Shown: positions 1-9,069, counted from the stretch's first letter. The stretch is DNA of 64,000 nt from an uncultured Acidobacteriota bacterium (GCA_963843575.1 CAWJKZ010000014.1:480001-544000); one strand, 5' to 3'. Numbers and translations are program-made. The notes: generated by a model not told the origin, from the letters alone.

Positions 1-64
1 CGCGGCCGCGAAACGTGCGAGAATTAGCTGTGTTCCGGCACCGCGCCGCGATCATCGAGGGGGT

Positions 65-481
65 ATGCAGATGAAGGCCACATACCTGAGAGCCGTCCCC
101 TACGCCGGCGATGCCCTGGCGCTGCCCGTGAAGGACGTGGTTTCGGCACTCCCTTTCTACCAGACGGTCATGGGCTTTCGCGTCGTGTCGCACGTCGGCG
201 GGCCGGTGCGTTCTGCGATCCTCGGGAGGGACGCGGTTCAGATCGGCATTGCCGAGAACGGCGGCGACCCGACCCAGGAAGGTTGTTTTTTCGAGGTGGA
301 CAGCATAGCGACGGCGCTGGCGGAGCTCAAGGCGAACGGGCTGCAGACCGAGGGTGAATTCAGGATCGACAGACACGGGGGAAAATCCTACAAGGTGTTT
401 TTCGTCATCGCGCCGGACGGCCTGTGCTACTGCCTGGGGGAACAGCAGACCGGAGCGCCCGGCACCGAGGAAGCGAAATGA
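65..481 (+). CDS. VOC/glyoxalase-bleomycin resistance family protein
   Basis: 138 aa with VOC pattern (LPVKDV..ALPFYQTVMGF ... FFEVDSI ... FFVIAPDG); stop overlaps the next ATG (ATGA). Confidence 0.75.
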   Translation: MQMKATYLRAVPYAGDALALPVKDVVSALPFYQTVMGFRVVSHVGGPVRSAILGRDAVQIGIAENGGDPTQEGCFFEVDSIATALAELKANGLQTEGEFRIDRHGGKSYKVFFVIAPDGLCYCLGEQQTGAPGTEEAK

Positions 482-3177
482 GCCGATACGCGCTGGTTTG
501 CATCCTGATTCTGGCAGGATTCCGGGGTTGTCCACCGGAACCGGCAAAGACGGTTACCGTCCTCGAGCCACCCGAAGCGGGTTGGGTCCCGCGTGTCGGG
601 CCAAACGGGGCGATCCTGGTCAACGGGCGCAGAATCACACCCGCAGGTCAATTGGCCATGGTGCAGTCCTACAACTGGGGCATGGCCCTCGACCGCGCTC
701 AGTCCCGCGCCGTGCTGATCAGCCGCGACGCGCTCACCCTGGTTGACCTCGACAATACCCTCCGGACGCGGCGCATCCCGCCCCACGGCGCGAAGCCCGA
801 CAAGAAGTACGGCGCGGGGAGCTATATGGGGTGTGCCTTTTCTCCCGACGGCAAGCTCGTCTACTACGGCAGCGCGGACCAGGGGCAGGTCAAGGTCTTC
901 GACCCCCGCAAGAACGCCGTCGTGGCGAGCCTCGACATCAACGACAGACAATATAAGGACAGCTTCCTGGGCGATTTCGTGATAAGCCCCGACGGCACCC
1001 TGCTGCATGCCGTCGACCAGTTCAACTACCGGATGGTCACCGTCGACCTCAGGAAGGGAAAGCCGGTCCGGTCCATCCGGGTCGGGAGAAACCCGTTCGG
1101 GATCCGGCTGTCGCGCGATGGACGCCATGCGTGGGTGTCCAATGTCGGGATGTACGAGTACCCACTGGTACCGGGGGTGACCCCCGCAAACCGGCGCGTC
1201 GCGGGCCTCTCCTTCCCCGCCTACGGCGTGCCGTCCCGGGAGGCAGAAGAAGGGGTGACCGTGGACGGCCAATTCATACCGGGGCTGGGCAGCCCCAATC
1301 ACCCGGACGCCATGTCGGTCTTCAAGGTCAACCTGGAAACGGGCGCCGTGGAGCGGAAGATCAAGACCGGTTACCTCGTCGGCATTGAACGCGACGACAT
1401 CACCACGGTCGGGGGCGCTAGTCCCAGCGCGCTGGCGGTGGGCCGCATGTTCATCTATGTCGCCAACGCGACCAACGACACCATATCGGTGATCGACCCG
1501 GAGGCCGACGGCGTCATCGCCCAGATTGCGCTTAACGTTCCTCGATTGGAGAAGCTGCGTGGCGTCCTTCCGTTCGGCATCTGCCTGAGCCCCGATGAAA
1601 CGCGGCTCTATGTCGCCTGCTCGGCGCTCAACGCGGTCGCCGTGATCGACCTCGAGCGCCGCGAGACCCTGGGATACATCCCGGCGGGATGGTTTTGTTC
1701 GCTGGTGCAAGTGGCTTCTGACGGCGGGCACCTGTTTGTAGCCAGCGCCAAGGGGCTGGGCTCGGGGCCCAATGGCGGCGCCGGTTTCGTGGCTCCGCCC
1801 CGCGGAACGCACCCCGGCGACATCATGCAGGGCTCGTTCCAGGTCATCCCGGTACCCGATCAGGCCCAGCTCGAGGCATACACAAGGCAGGTCGTCGCCA
1901 ACACGTACGCGGAGCGTGAGGTCGCCGACAATGGCCTCAATCCCGTGCCACCGGCGCCAGGTCTGCGTGAGAGCCCCATCCGCCACGTCGTGTTTATCGT
2001 CAAGGAGAATCGCACGTTTGACCAGGTGTTCGGGCAGCGGGCAGGAGTCGACGGCGATCCCGCCAATGCGGAGTTGGGCCTGAAGCGCTCTTTCGCCAGC
2101 AAAGACGGTTCGCGGACCCTGCGCGACATCGATGTCTCCCCCAACCACCACGCGCTCGCCGACCAATTCGCGATCTCCGACAATTTCTACTGCGACTCGG
2201 ACCAGTCCAACACCGGCCACCGCTGGGTCGTGGGGGTCTACCCGAACGAGTGGGTCGAGGTCAACGCGCGGTCGCGCATCGAGGAGCGCATTTTCAGCTC
2301 GGCCCCCGGCCGGCGTTACGTCGCGGGGTCGAGCGCCGCGATTTTCCCCGAGGACTACAACGAGGCCGGCGCGCTCTGGGAACACCTGCACCGGAACCAC
2401 GTCCCGTTCTACAATTTCGGTTTCGGGACAGAGATGCCCGCCGCGTTCGAAGAGCAGGCGTTCAAATACACGGGAATCCACATGAACGTCAGCATCCCTC
2501 TTCCCAAACCGCTGTTCGATCGCACCTCCCGCAAGTACGCGACGTTCAACATGGCAATTCCCGACCAGTTCCGTGTGGATATGTTCGAGGAAGAGCTGAA
2601 AGAGAGGTGGCTGAGCGGCCGGGAGCCATTCCCGCGGCTCGTCACAATGGTGCTGCCGAACGACCACCTGACCGACGAGCACCCGGCGGACGGCTACCCC
2701 TTCAGGGAATCGTACATGGGCGACAACGATCTGGCACTCGGCCGGGTTGTCCAGACGCTGTCGCGCACGCCCTATTGGAAAAACATGCTGGTGATCGTGA
2801 CCGAAGACGATCCGCAGGGGGGAAAAGACCACGTCGAGGCGCACCGGTCGATACTGATGATGCTAGGCCCCTATGTGAAAAGGGGGTACGTCTCGCACGA
2901 GGGTGCGAGCTTCGCTTCCGTAATCAGGCTGATCTTCACCCTGCTTGACCTGCCGCCGCTGAATCAGTTCGACGCCACCGCCTCGCTGCCCCGGGACTTT
3001 TTCACCGGCGAGCCGGACTTCGCCGGGTTCAAGGTTCGTCCGGTCGACAGGCGCCTCTTCGATCCCGATCGCGCCCTCAAACCGTTCGACCGGGGATTCA
3101 ACTGGAAGGCCGTCGTGCACTCGGACAAGATGGACGATCCCGAAGATATGCGGAAGTACTACGACAAAGGGAGATAG
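478..3177 (+). CDS. secreted YncE/YVTN beta-propeller + alkaline phosphatase/phosphoesterase-family fusion
   Basis: Hydrophobic N-terminus from ATG 478; beta-propeller repeats (AFSPDG, ISPDG, YVANAT); C-terminal IRHVVFIVKENRTFDQVFG and EDDPQGGKDHV phosphoesterase motifs. Confidence 0.85.
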   Translation: MSRYALVCILILAGFRGCPPEPAKTVTVLEPPEAGWVPRVGPNGAILVNGRRITPAGQLAMVQSYNWGMALDRAQSRAVLISRDALTLVDLDNTLRTRRIPPHGAKPDKKYGAGSYMGCAFSPDGKLVYYGSADQGQVKVFDPRKNAVVASLDINDRQYKDSFLGDFVISPDGTLLHAVDQFNYRMVTVDLRKGKPVRSIRVGRNPFGIRLSRDGRHAWVSNVGMYEYPLVPGVTPANRRVAGLSFPAYGVPSREAEEGVTVDGQFIPGLGSPNHPDAMSVFKVNLETGAVERKIKTGYLVGIERDDITTVGGASPSALAVGRMFIYVANATNDTISVIDPEADGVIAQIALNVPRLEKLRGVLPFGICLSPDETRLYVACSALNAVAVIDLERRETLGYIPAGWFCSLVQVASDGGHLFVASAKGLGSGPNGGAGFVAPPRGTHPGDIMQGSFQVIPVPDQAQLEAYTRQVVANTYAEREVADNGLNPVPPAPGLRESPIRHVVFIVKENRTFDQVFGQRAGVDGDPANAELGLKRSFASKDGSRTLRDIDVSPNHHALADQFAISDNFYCDSDQSNTGHRWVVGVYPNEWVEVNARSRIEERIFSSAPGRRYVAGSSAAIFPEDYNEAGALWEHLHRNHVPFYNFGFGTEMPAAFEEQAFKYTGIHMNVSIPLPKPLFDRTSRKYATFNMAIPDQFRVDMFEEELKERWLSGREPFPRLVTMVLPNDHLTDEHPADGYPFRESYMGDNDLALGRVVQTLSRTPYWKNMLVIVTEDDPQGGKDHVEAHRSILMMLGPYVKRGYVSHEGASFASVIRLIFTLLDLPPLNQFDATASLPRDFFTGEPDFAGFKVRPVDRRLFDPDRALKPFDRGFNWKAVVHSDKMDDPEDMRKYYDKGR

Positions 3178-3525
3178 CGAGCCTCCGACGCCAAAGCGCG
3201 AGTCTGTCTGCCCCGAGGTTGCCAGGGTGGCTTCACGAGGGAGTCAATGCCGATTCCGGCGTCTCATGAAAGCCACCGGGGAAAGTCCGCCGCAATCGGA
3301 AGCGGCGGCTACCATTTGGGATTTGCGGCGATGAGGTCTGGCGTCCATTGGGACCGAGAAGAGATAGCCCTGGCCGAATTCGCAGCCCAACTCCCGAAGC
3401 ACGAGCAGTTGGTCGGGCGGGCGTTTCGACGCCTTCGGCCACCACCTGCTGCGCCCCAGGTTGACGAGTCCTGCGAGCCTTGGAGGAGTTGATCTGAAGG
3501 CCCGGAGGATCGGGGGACCTCGAGG

Positions 3526-4746
3526 TCAGCTTTCGCCCCTGTGGAACACGAGCACCGCGTTAAGGCCGCCGAAGGCAAACGAGTTCGACAGCGCGTATTC
3601 GAGCGGCGCGCTTCGGGAGGCGTTCGGTACCACGTCGAGGTCACATCCGGGATCCGGGGCGATGAAGTTGGCCGTCGGCGGCAGGATGCCGTGTCGCAGC
3701 GCGAGGAGGGTCGCTGCCGCCTCCAGCGCACCCGATGCCCCGAGCGCGTGACCGTGCAGCGATTTCGTGGAGCTGACGGCCAGCCGCTCGGCATGCGGGC
3801 CGAAAACGCTGCGGATGGCGGCGCACTCCGCCGGGTCGTTGATCGCCGTCCCGGTGCCGTGCGCATTAATATAGGAAATGCGGTCCGGTTGTAGCCCGGC
3901 GTCGGCCAGCGCGGCGCACATCGCCCTCGCCGCACCGCGCGGCGAGGGGGCCGTGAGGTGGTGCGCGTCGGAGGACATGCCGAATCCCACGATCTCACCC
4001 AGGAGGCGCGCTCCCCGGCGCGCGGCCTGGTCCATCGACTCGAGCAGCAGGATTGCGCTCCCCTCGCCCAGGATGATGCCGTCCCTGCCCAGCGAAAACG
4101 GGCGGCAGGTCTCCTGTGCGACGACTCGCATGGCCTCCCACGCCTTCAGGTGTCCGAGGCTCATCGGGGCCTCGCTTCCGCCGGCCACCGCCGCATCGAC
4201 CACGCCGTCGCGTACCATCCAGAAAGCCTGGCCGATGGCGTGGCTCGCCGACGCACAGGCCGAGGACATGGTCAGGCCGGGACCGCCCAGACCGAACTCC
4301 ATCGATATGTGGCTGGTCAGCGCGCTGGCCATGACCCGGGTCACGTTCATGGGGTGAAAGCGGGTTTTCCGATCCCGGTAGAGGTCGGCAAAAGCCGCAT
4401 CCTCCGTGGTCTGGCCGCCCACGGCCGAGCCTGTAACCACCGCCGTGCGCTCCCGCAGGCCCGCGTTCCACTCAATGCCCGACTGCGTGACCGCCTCGTG
4501 CGCCGCAACAAGGCCGAGCTGCGAGAAACGGTCCAACAACGCCGCACGTTCCGCGCTGAGGTACCGGGAGGCGTCAAACCCGCAGACTTCCGCCGCGTTT
4601 CGGAACCGGACAAGGCTGCTGTCGACGAGGTGCATCGGACCGATCCCGGGGACGCAGCGGACGATGCGATCCCAGAAGGCAGCCCGGTCCAGGCCGAGGG
4701 CGGAAACGACCCCAAGCCCCGTCACCGCCACCCTGCGTCCCTGCAT
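3526..4746 (-). CDS. fabF: beta-ketoacyl-ACP synthase II family (FabF-like)
   Basis: RRVAVTGLG start, SSACAS catalytic Cys, YINAHGTGT and KSLHGHALG His residues, SNSFAFGG end. Confidence 0.9.
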   Translation of the reverse strand: MQGRRVAVTGLGVVSALGLDRAAFWDRIVRCVPGIGPMHLVDSSLVRFRNAAEVCGFDASRYLSAERAALLDRFSQLGLVAAHEAVTQSGIEWNAGLRERTAVVTGSAVGGQTTEDAAFADLYRDRKTRFHPMNVTRVMASALTSHISMEFGLGGPGLTMSSACASASHAIGQAFWMVRDGVVDAAVAGGSEAPMSLGHLKAWEAMRVVAQETCRPFSLGRDGIILGEGSAILLLESMDQAARRGARLLGEIVGFGMSSDAHHLTAPSPRGAARAMCAALADAGLQPDRISYINAHGTGTAINDPAECAAIRSVFGPHAERLAVSSTKSLHGHALGASGALEAAATLLALRHGILPPTANFIAPDPGCDLDVVPNASRSAPLEYALSNSFAFGGLNAVLVFHRGES

Positions 4747-4757
4747 GGCGAACCCCG

Positions 4758-5030
4758 CTAGACGTGCACCCTGCCGGGGCCGCCGCTTTTCTCACGATCG
4801 AGCAACCCTTCTATCCCGTCGACGATCTCCCGCACCGAACGCATCGACCGCGCCTGCTCGTCCGGGATGCTCATGTCGAACGCCTCCTCGAGCTCGAAGA
4901 AGACATTGAGCCCGTCCAACGAATCCATGCCCAGATCCTCCAGGCGGCTCTCGAGCGAAATTGAGCCCGTTGGGATACGTTTGACCTTCGCGATTGCCCC
5001 GACGACCTTGTCGATCACCTCAGTGGACAC
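4758..5030 (-). CDS. acyl carrier protein
   Basis: LGMDSLD phosphopantetheine site, ELEEAFDMSIPDE; GTG start at 5030 preceded by AAAGGA. Confidence 0.9.
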   Translation of the reverse strand: MSTEVIDKVVGAIAKVKRIPTGSISLESRLEDLGMDSLDGLNVFFELEEAFDMSIPDEQARSMRSVREIVDGIEGLLDREKSGGPGRVHV

Positions 5031-5117
5031 TTTCCCGATTCCTTTCACGCGGCCGGGCAGCCCGACCGCAGATCCGCGCTTGCATGGAGACAAGCGGCCG
5101 GGCACGCTCCACCCCCG

Positions 5118-5867
5118 TTACTGCCGAACCGCCAGACCGGTGTAGCCCATCAGGCAGAGGCGCGTAAAGCCAAAGGCAAAGTCGGAACCGATCCTGCCGG
5201 TTGCGAGCATCCTGCCGAACGCCGGGTGGGCGACTCTCGGCATGAACCCCCGGCACTGGACGACCTGCATGCCACTCGCCCGGCACATCTCCCTCAGCTC
5301 CGCAGGCTTGATGAAGTATCGAAGGCTGTGCATGTTTTTCGGCGTGTTCCTGACAAACCACTCGACGCCCTTGATGACGACCAGCCACGAGAGAAGATTC
5401 CGGTTGAACGTGTGGAAGTAAAAAAGTCCGCCATCCCTGAGCACACGTGAGACCTCGAGTACGACGCGGGCGGGCTGCTCGACATGTTCCAGGAAGTCGA
5501 GCGCGCACACGACATCGAACGACCGGTCGCCGAATCCCAGTCGGCGGGCATCACCCGGTCTGTAGTCGACGCCCCCGGTGGCATCGTGGCGGCGCGCGAC
5601 GCCGAGGCTCTCCTCCGACGAGTCGACTCCGGTCACTTCGAACCCATGCCGGGCAAGCTCGTTGGCAAGAAACCCGGCGCCGCACCCGACGTCCAGGACC
5701 CGCACCTTCCCGGTGGGCATCCGTCTCCTGGTCTCCTCGACGATCCACGGGGTCCGGGCCCGCCCTTCCGCTCGAAGCAGGGCGACGGGATCATCGTCGG
5801 CCGTGTACCACCGTTCCCCATAGCGGTCGTAGAGTGTGTTGTCTACCTGGCGCCGGTTCGAGGCCAT
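5118..5867 (-). CDS. UbiG-like class I SAM-dependent O-methyltransferase
   Basis: VLDVGCGAGFL motif I, FDVVCALDFLEHV, FHTFNRN, FIKPAEL as in the UbiG family; ATG at 5867. Confidence 0.8.
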   Translation of the reverse strand: MASNRRQVDNTLYDRYGERWYTADDDPVALLRAEGRARTPWIVEETRRRMPTGKVRVLDVGCGAGFLANELARHGFEVTGVDSSEESLGVARRHDATGGVDYRPGDARRLGFGDRSFDVVCALDFLEHVEQPARVVLEVSRVLRDGGLFYFHTFNRNLLSWLVVIKGVEWFVRNTPKNMHSLRYFIKPAELREMCRASGMQVVQCRGFMPRVAHPAFGRMLATGRIGSDFAFGFTRLCLMGYTGLAVRQ

Positions 5868-6343
5868 ATGAGATTCCAGTACACGAATTGATATGCCGCC
5901 CACAGCAGGGTTGCAGCGCAACTGAAGGACAGGAAGGCGCGCTCGAACCCGTGAAAGCGCACCCACCCTGCCAGGTCCCCGGAAAGTCCGTGTGCCGCCG
6001 GCCAGAGCAGGCCGGCGCTTGCGAGTACGACCGGGTGCAGTGTGAACAGGCAGGCGTGCAGCCATTGCTCACCGGCGCCGCAGTGCCGGTAGTGCACCAC
6101 CTCGTCTTTCGTCACGAACAGGGAGGAGAAGATAGCCAGCCCGGCGAACACCAGGACGTTTCGAGCGCTCGGCGGCATAAAAACGACCCAGACGAAGCAG
6201 GCAGACACCGTAAGGGTGTCCAAGACGTGCCCCACCCGTTCCCACCGGGGCAATCCGCGTTTCCTGTGAAAGACGCATTCGTCGACGGTCGTACAGAGCA
6301 TCTGGAGAATTGCCGGCAGTGCCAGCCAGTGGGAGGTCAGCAT
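5843..6343 (-). CDS. hypothetical integral membrane protein in the type III PKS cluster
   Basis: 166 aa, several hydrophobic helices, overlaps both neighbours; duplicated DE-x-H...E-x3-H motif. Confidence 0.7.
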   Translation of the reverse strand: MLTSHWLALPAILQMLCTTVDECVFHRKRGLPRWERVGHVLDTLTVSACFVWVVFMPPSARNVLVFAGLAIFSSLFVTKDEVVHYRHCGAGEQWLHACLFTLHPVVLASAGLLWPAAHGLSGDLAGWVRFHGFERAFLSFSCAATLLWAAYQFVYWNLIWPRTGAR

Positions 6344-7494
6344 TTTCTGAACAGCGCCCCGGCAACGGTCAATCCGGGTCCAAAGGCAAGACTGACCACA
6401 ACGGTACCCGACCGGACGGCCGGATCGTCTGCGACCGCCATCCAGATGTGGGGCAACGTCGCCGACGACATGTCGCCCCGCCGGAAGAGCACCTCCCGGC
6501 TCAACGCCACCTGGTCCTCCCTGAGGCGCAGCAACTCGCGCACCGAGTCGAGGATACGCGGGCCCCCGGGGTGCACCGCGAACAGGGCGTCCCCCACGGC
6601 GTCGTCAGATTTCAACCCCGCGCCGCAGAGAAGATCCGACAGAAAGCGAGGCAGACAGGCAGCGACCCTGCCGGGCACGTCGCGAGAGAGCGTCATCCGG
6701 AAGCCCCACTCCGACAATACCCACGTCATGTCATCCAGGGAGTCCGGCACAATCTCCTCACGCAACGACAGAAGCTCGAAGCAGCGGCCGCCGGTTTGCG
6801 CGGCCTCGGGGGTCAACGTGTAGCGGATGTGGCCGTCGGCGAAGAGGCTCTGTACGACCAATTGCTCCGGCGAATGGTCTCCGGGATCAAAATGAAGCGT
6901 GCAGAGTTCGGTGTGGACGATCTCGGCGCGTCGCGCCGGCGACCCGCGTCCGTCGCTCAGCAGGCCGGCCGCCACCCGCAGGGCGGGCAAGGCCGCGTAG
7001 CAGCCCATATGGTAGACCTGGGTCGCGTGGGTCCGGGTGTTCCACTTCTTCGACTCGATCAGGCGCTGGATCGGGCTGGGGGAAGCGTACCCGGTGCATG
7101 AGACGTGCAGGAGATCCGAAGGTGGGTGGGAGTCTCCCGCGAAAAGGCACTGGACCACCCGGTTGGCCGTCTCGGTAAAGAACCGGTTGCGCACGCCGAG
7201 CCCCCGGCCCCGCGGGTTTTCGTGCAGGTTGAAGATGTGCATGCGCGGCCAATCCGTGTGCATGAAATCGGCGAGTTCCGAACGGCGCCACCCGATGTGC
7301 CCGGGCGGACAGGAATAGCGGCGCGCGAGGCGGCCCATCCGTTCGTGCCACAGAGGCAACTCGTCGTCGCGGCCGCACGCCGTTGCGGCCGCGCGCGCGT
7401 GGGCTGCCGCCAGCCATTCCAGCCCCTCCTCCTGCGGACGGTGAAACGGCGGCAGTTGTGCTGCAAATCCCTGGACGAAGGCCGGTTTCTTCAT
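6337..7494 (-). CDS. type III polyketide synthase (chalcone/stilbene synthase family)
   Basis: HVSCTGY, HMGCYAA (Cys), ELCTLH, SLFADG, AVHPGGPRIL (His), GDMSSAT (Asn position is Asp), LAFGPGLT; ATG 7494 with AGGA upstream. Confidence 0.9.
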   Translation of the reverse strand: MKKPAFVQGFAAQLPPFHRPQEEGLEWLAAAHARAAATACGRDDELPLWHERMGRLARRYSCPPGHIGWRRSELADFMHTDWPRMHIFNLHENPRGRGLGVRNRFFTETANRVVQCLFAGDSHPPSDLLHVSCTGYASPSPIQRLIESKKWNTRTHATQVYHMGCYAALPALRVAAGLLSDGRGSPARRAEIVHTELCTLHFDPGDHSPEQLVVQSLFADGHIRYTLTPEAAQTGGRCFELLSLREEIVPDSLDDMTWVLSEWGFRMTLSRDVPGRVAACLPRFLSDLLCGAGLKSDDAVGDALFAVHPGGPRILDSVRELLRLREDQVALSREVLFRRGDMSSATLPHIWMAVADDPAVRSGTVVVSLAFGPGLTVAGALFRKC

Positions 7495-7627
7495 AGATCC
7501 TACACAGAGCCGATTTCGCATGGACCCGCGCTGTTGTTTTTCCCCGCCGGGGGATGGGCGGATGCGAGAGAGGCTCCGATCGCAGCAATTCTCCCGTAAC
7601 GATACGGTCACTTCAAGCTGCCTTTTT

Positions 7628-7761
7628 GGGTTCGCGCAAGAATAATTTCACATTTTGCTGACGGCTCCGTTAATAGCGATGAGCTCCTATCGTTGGTAGC
7701 TGCATCATGCTGTTGGCTCGGGAGCCGTCAGCAAAATGTGAAATTATTCTTGCGCGAACCC
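7628..7761. mobile_element. MITE-like element, copy 1 (134 bp, perfect 41-bp terminal inverted repeats)
   Basis: GGGTTCGCGCAAGAATAATTTCACATTTTGCTGACGGCTCC (7628-7668) is the exact reverse complement of 7721-7761. Confidence 0.8.
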
Positions 7762-7963
7762 TTAGCTTTGTCGATACCGGGCCGCACGGGTGAGGGGTTC
7801 CAGACCGCTCGTTCACAACCGGGCTGAAATTCGAGGAGGTTTATACAATAATGGTCTTCCAGACGGGCCGAGCGCGGCGGCCGGTCCCGCGAGGGTTGGC
7901 GCAAGGCATTCAGACGGGCGGCTTGCCCGCGACGGGCCGCGGAACAGGCACAGAGGCCGGCAG

Positions 7964-8536
7964 ATGGCGCTCATCGGAGCCAACGAGCTCAAACGCAAGA
8001 TGCTTATCGAACTGGACGGGCAACCGTACACCGTGCTCGAGGTTTTCTTCGCCTCCCCGAGTGCGCGCGGGGCCTCCACGATGGTGCGGACCAAACTTCG
8101 GCACCTGATTACCGACGCGGTGCTCGAAAAGACCTTCAAGACCAGCGAGAAGTTCGGAGAGCCCGACGTAACCCTGTCCCCCGCGTCGTTCCTGTACTCC
8201 GACGGCGAACACTTCCACTTCATGGACGAGGCCACCTTCGAGCAGCTGGCCCTCACCGAAGCGCAGCTTGGGCACGACCGCCTTTTCCTGAAAGAGGGGC
8301 TTTCCCTGCAGGTCCGCAGATACAATGCCGCGCCGATTGCCGTGCAGCTCCCTCCCTTCGTCGATCTGACGGTCGCGGCCGCCGAGACGGGAGTCCGCGG
8401 AGACACGAGTTCCGGAGGCACGACCAAACCCGCCACGCTCGAGACGGGCCTGCAGGTCCGCGTCCCGCTTTTCATCCGGGAGGGTGAACTCGTCCGCATC
8501 AGCACACAAACCGGGGAGTTTGTCGGCAGGGCTTGA
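7964..8536 (+). CDS. elongation factor P family protein with EfpL/YeiP-type loop
   Basis: 190 aa; KOW loop SPSARGAS; FLYSDGEHFHFMD; GVRGDT..KPATLETGL.V.VPLFI.EGE...T.TGEFVGRA. Confidence 0.9.
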   Translation: MALIGANELKRKMLIELDGQPYTVLEVFFASPSARGASTMVRTKLRHLITDAVLEKTFKTSEKFGEPDVTLSPASFLYSDGEHFHFMDEATFEQLALTEAQLGHDRLFLKEGLSLQVRRYNAAPIAVQLPPFVDLTVAAAETGVRGDTSSGGTTKPATLETGLQVRVPLFIREGELVRISTQTGEFVGRA

Positions 8537-8560
8537 CGGCGGGACCAGGCGACGGTCTAA

Positions 8561-8689
8561 GGGCTCGCGCAAGCATAACTTCACAATTTGCTGACGGCTC
8601 CCGAGCCAACAGATCCTACAGCCTATCGTTGCTTGCGGCGACCCGCCCGGCGCTCACGCCAAAATGTGAGTTGATTATTGCGCGAACCC
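8561..8689. mobile_element. MITE-like element, copy 2 (129 bp, degenerate TIRs, TAA target duplication)
   Basis: Starts GGGCTCGCGCAAGCATAACTTCACAATTTGCTGACGGCTCC, ends ...CAAAATGTGAGTTGATTATTGCGCGAACCC; TAA at 8558-8560 and 8690-8692. Confidence 0.75.
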
Positions 8690-8728
8690 TAAGTACTCAT
8701 GCTCAGAAATAAGCTAACGATTCCAGGG

Positions 8729-9002
8729 ACGCGGATCAACGCGGATGCACGCGGATGCACGCGGATTGCTGCCTGGTGGCAGGCCGCGCCCGGCATTCCT
8801 CCCCGAGGGCTGCCTTTGGCACGCATCAAAGCCCGGCTCCCGCAGGAAAACGTGGACCTTGAATCGAAGCAGCATCCTTTCAACCGCGCGCTTTCCTGCG
8901 GGAGCCGGGCTTTGATGCATCGGCGCGAAGCGCCGGCCCTCGGGGAGGAATGCCGGGCGCGGCCGATCCGCGTGAATCCGTAAAATCCGCGAAGATCCGC
9001 GT
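8729..9002. repeat. long compound palindrome with tandem ACGCGGAT / ATCCGCG repeats at its ends
   Basis: Four ACGCGGAT units on the left and ATCCG units on the right; perfect 29-bp (8782-8810/8936-8964) and 27-bp (8823-8849/8892-8918) nested stems. Confidence 0.85.
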
Positions 9003-9069
9003 TCTGCTGTTGTCAATCGGTGACCAGCTCCATCCCAAGTATACGTTAGCGTACTTGCGAAATGGGGTA

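Noticed and set aside
2-9. NotI site at the window start
   Set aside because: Expected by chance in GC-rich DNA; no vector sequence visible.
427-2844. Long antisense and alternative-frame ORFs (also 41042-43114, 21075-22529, 51656-53293 and others)
   Set aside because: Shadow ORFs expected from high-GC codon bias opposite well-supported genes; no recognisable motifs.
3270-3520. GGGGAAAGTCC resembling the RNase P RNA 5' conserved motif
   Set aside because: No matching 3' ACAGAA...GGCTTA motif or terminal P1 pairing is visible.
8729-8767. Short tandem repeats as a possible CRISPR array
   Set aside because: 10-bp period without unique spacers, and no cas genes in the window.
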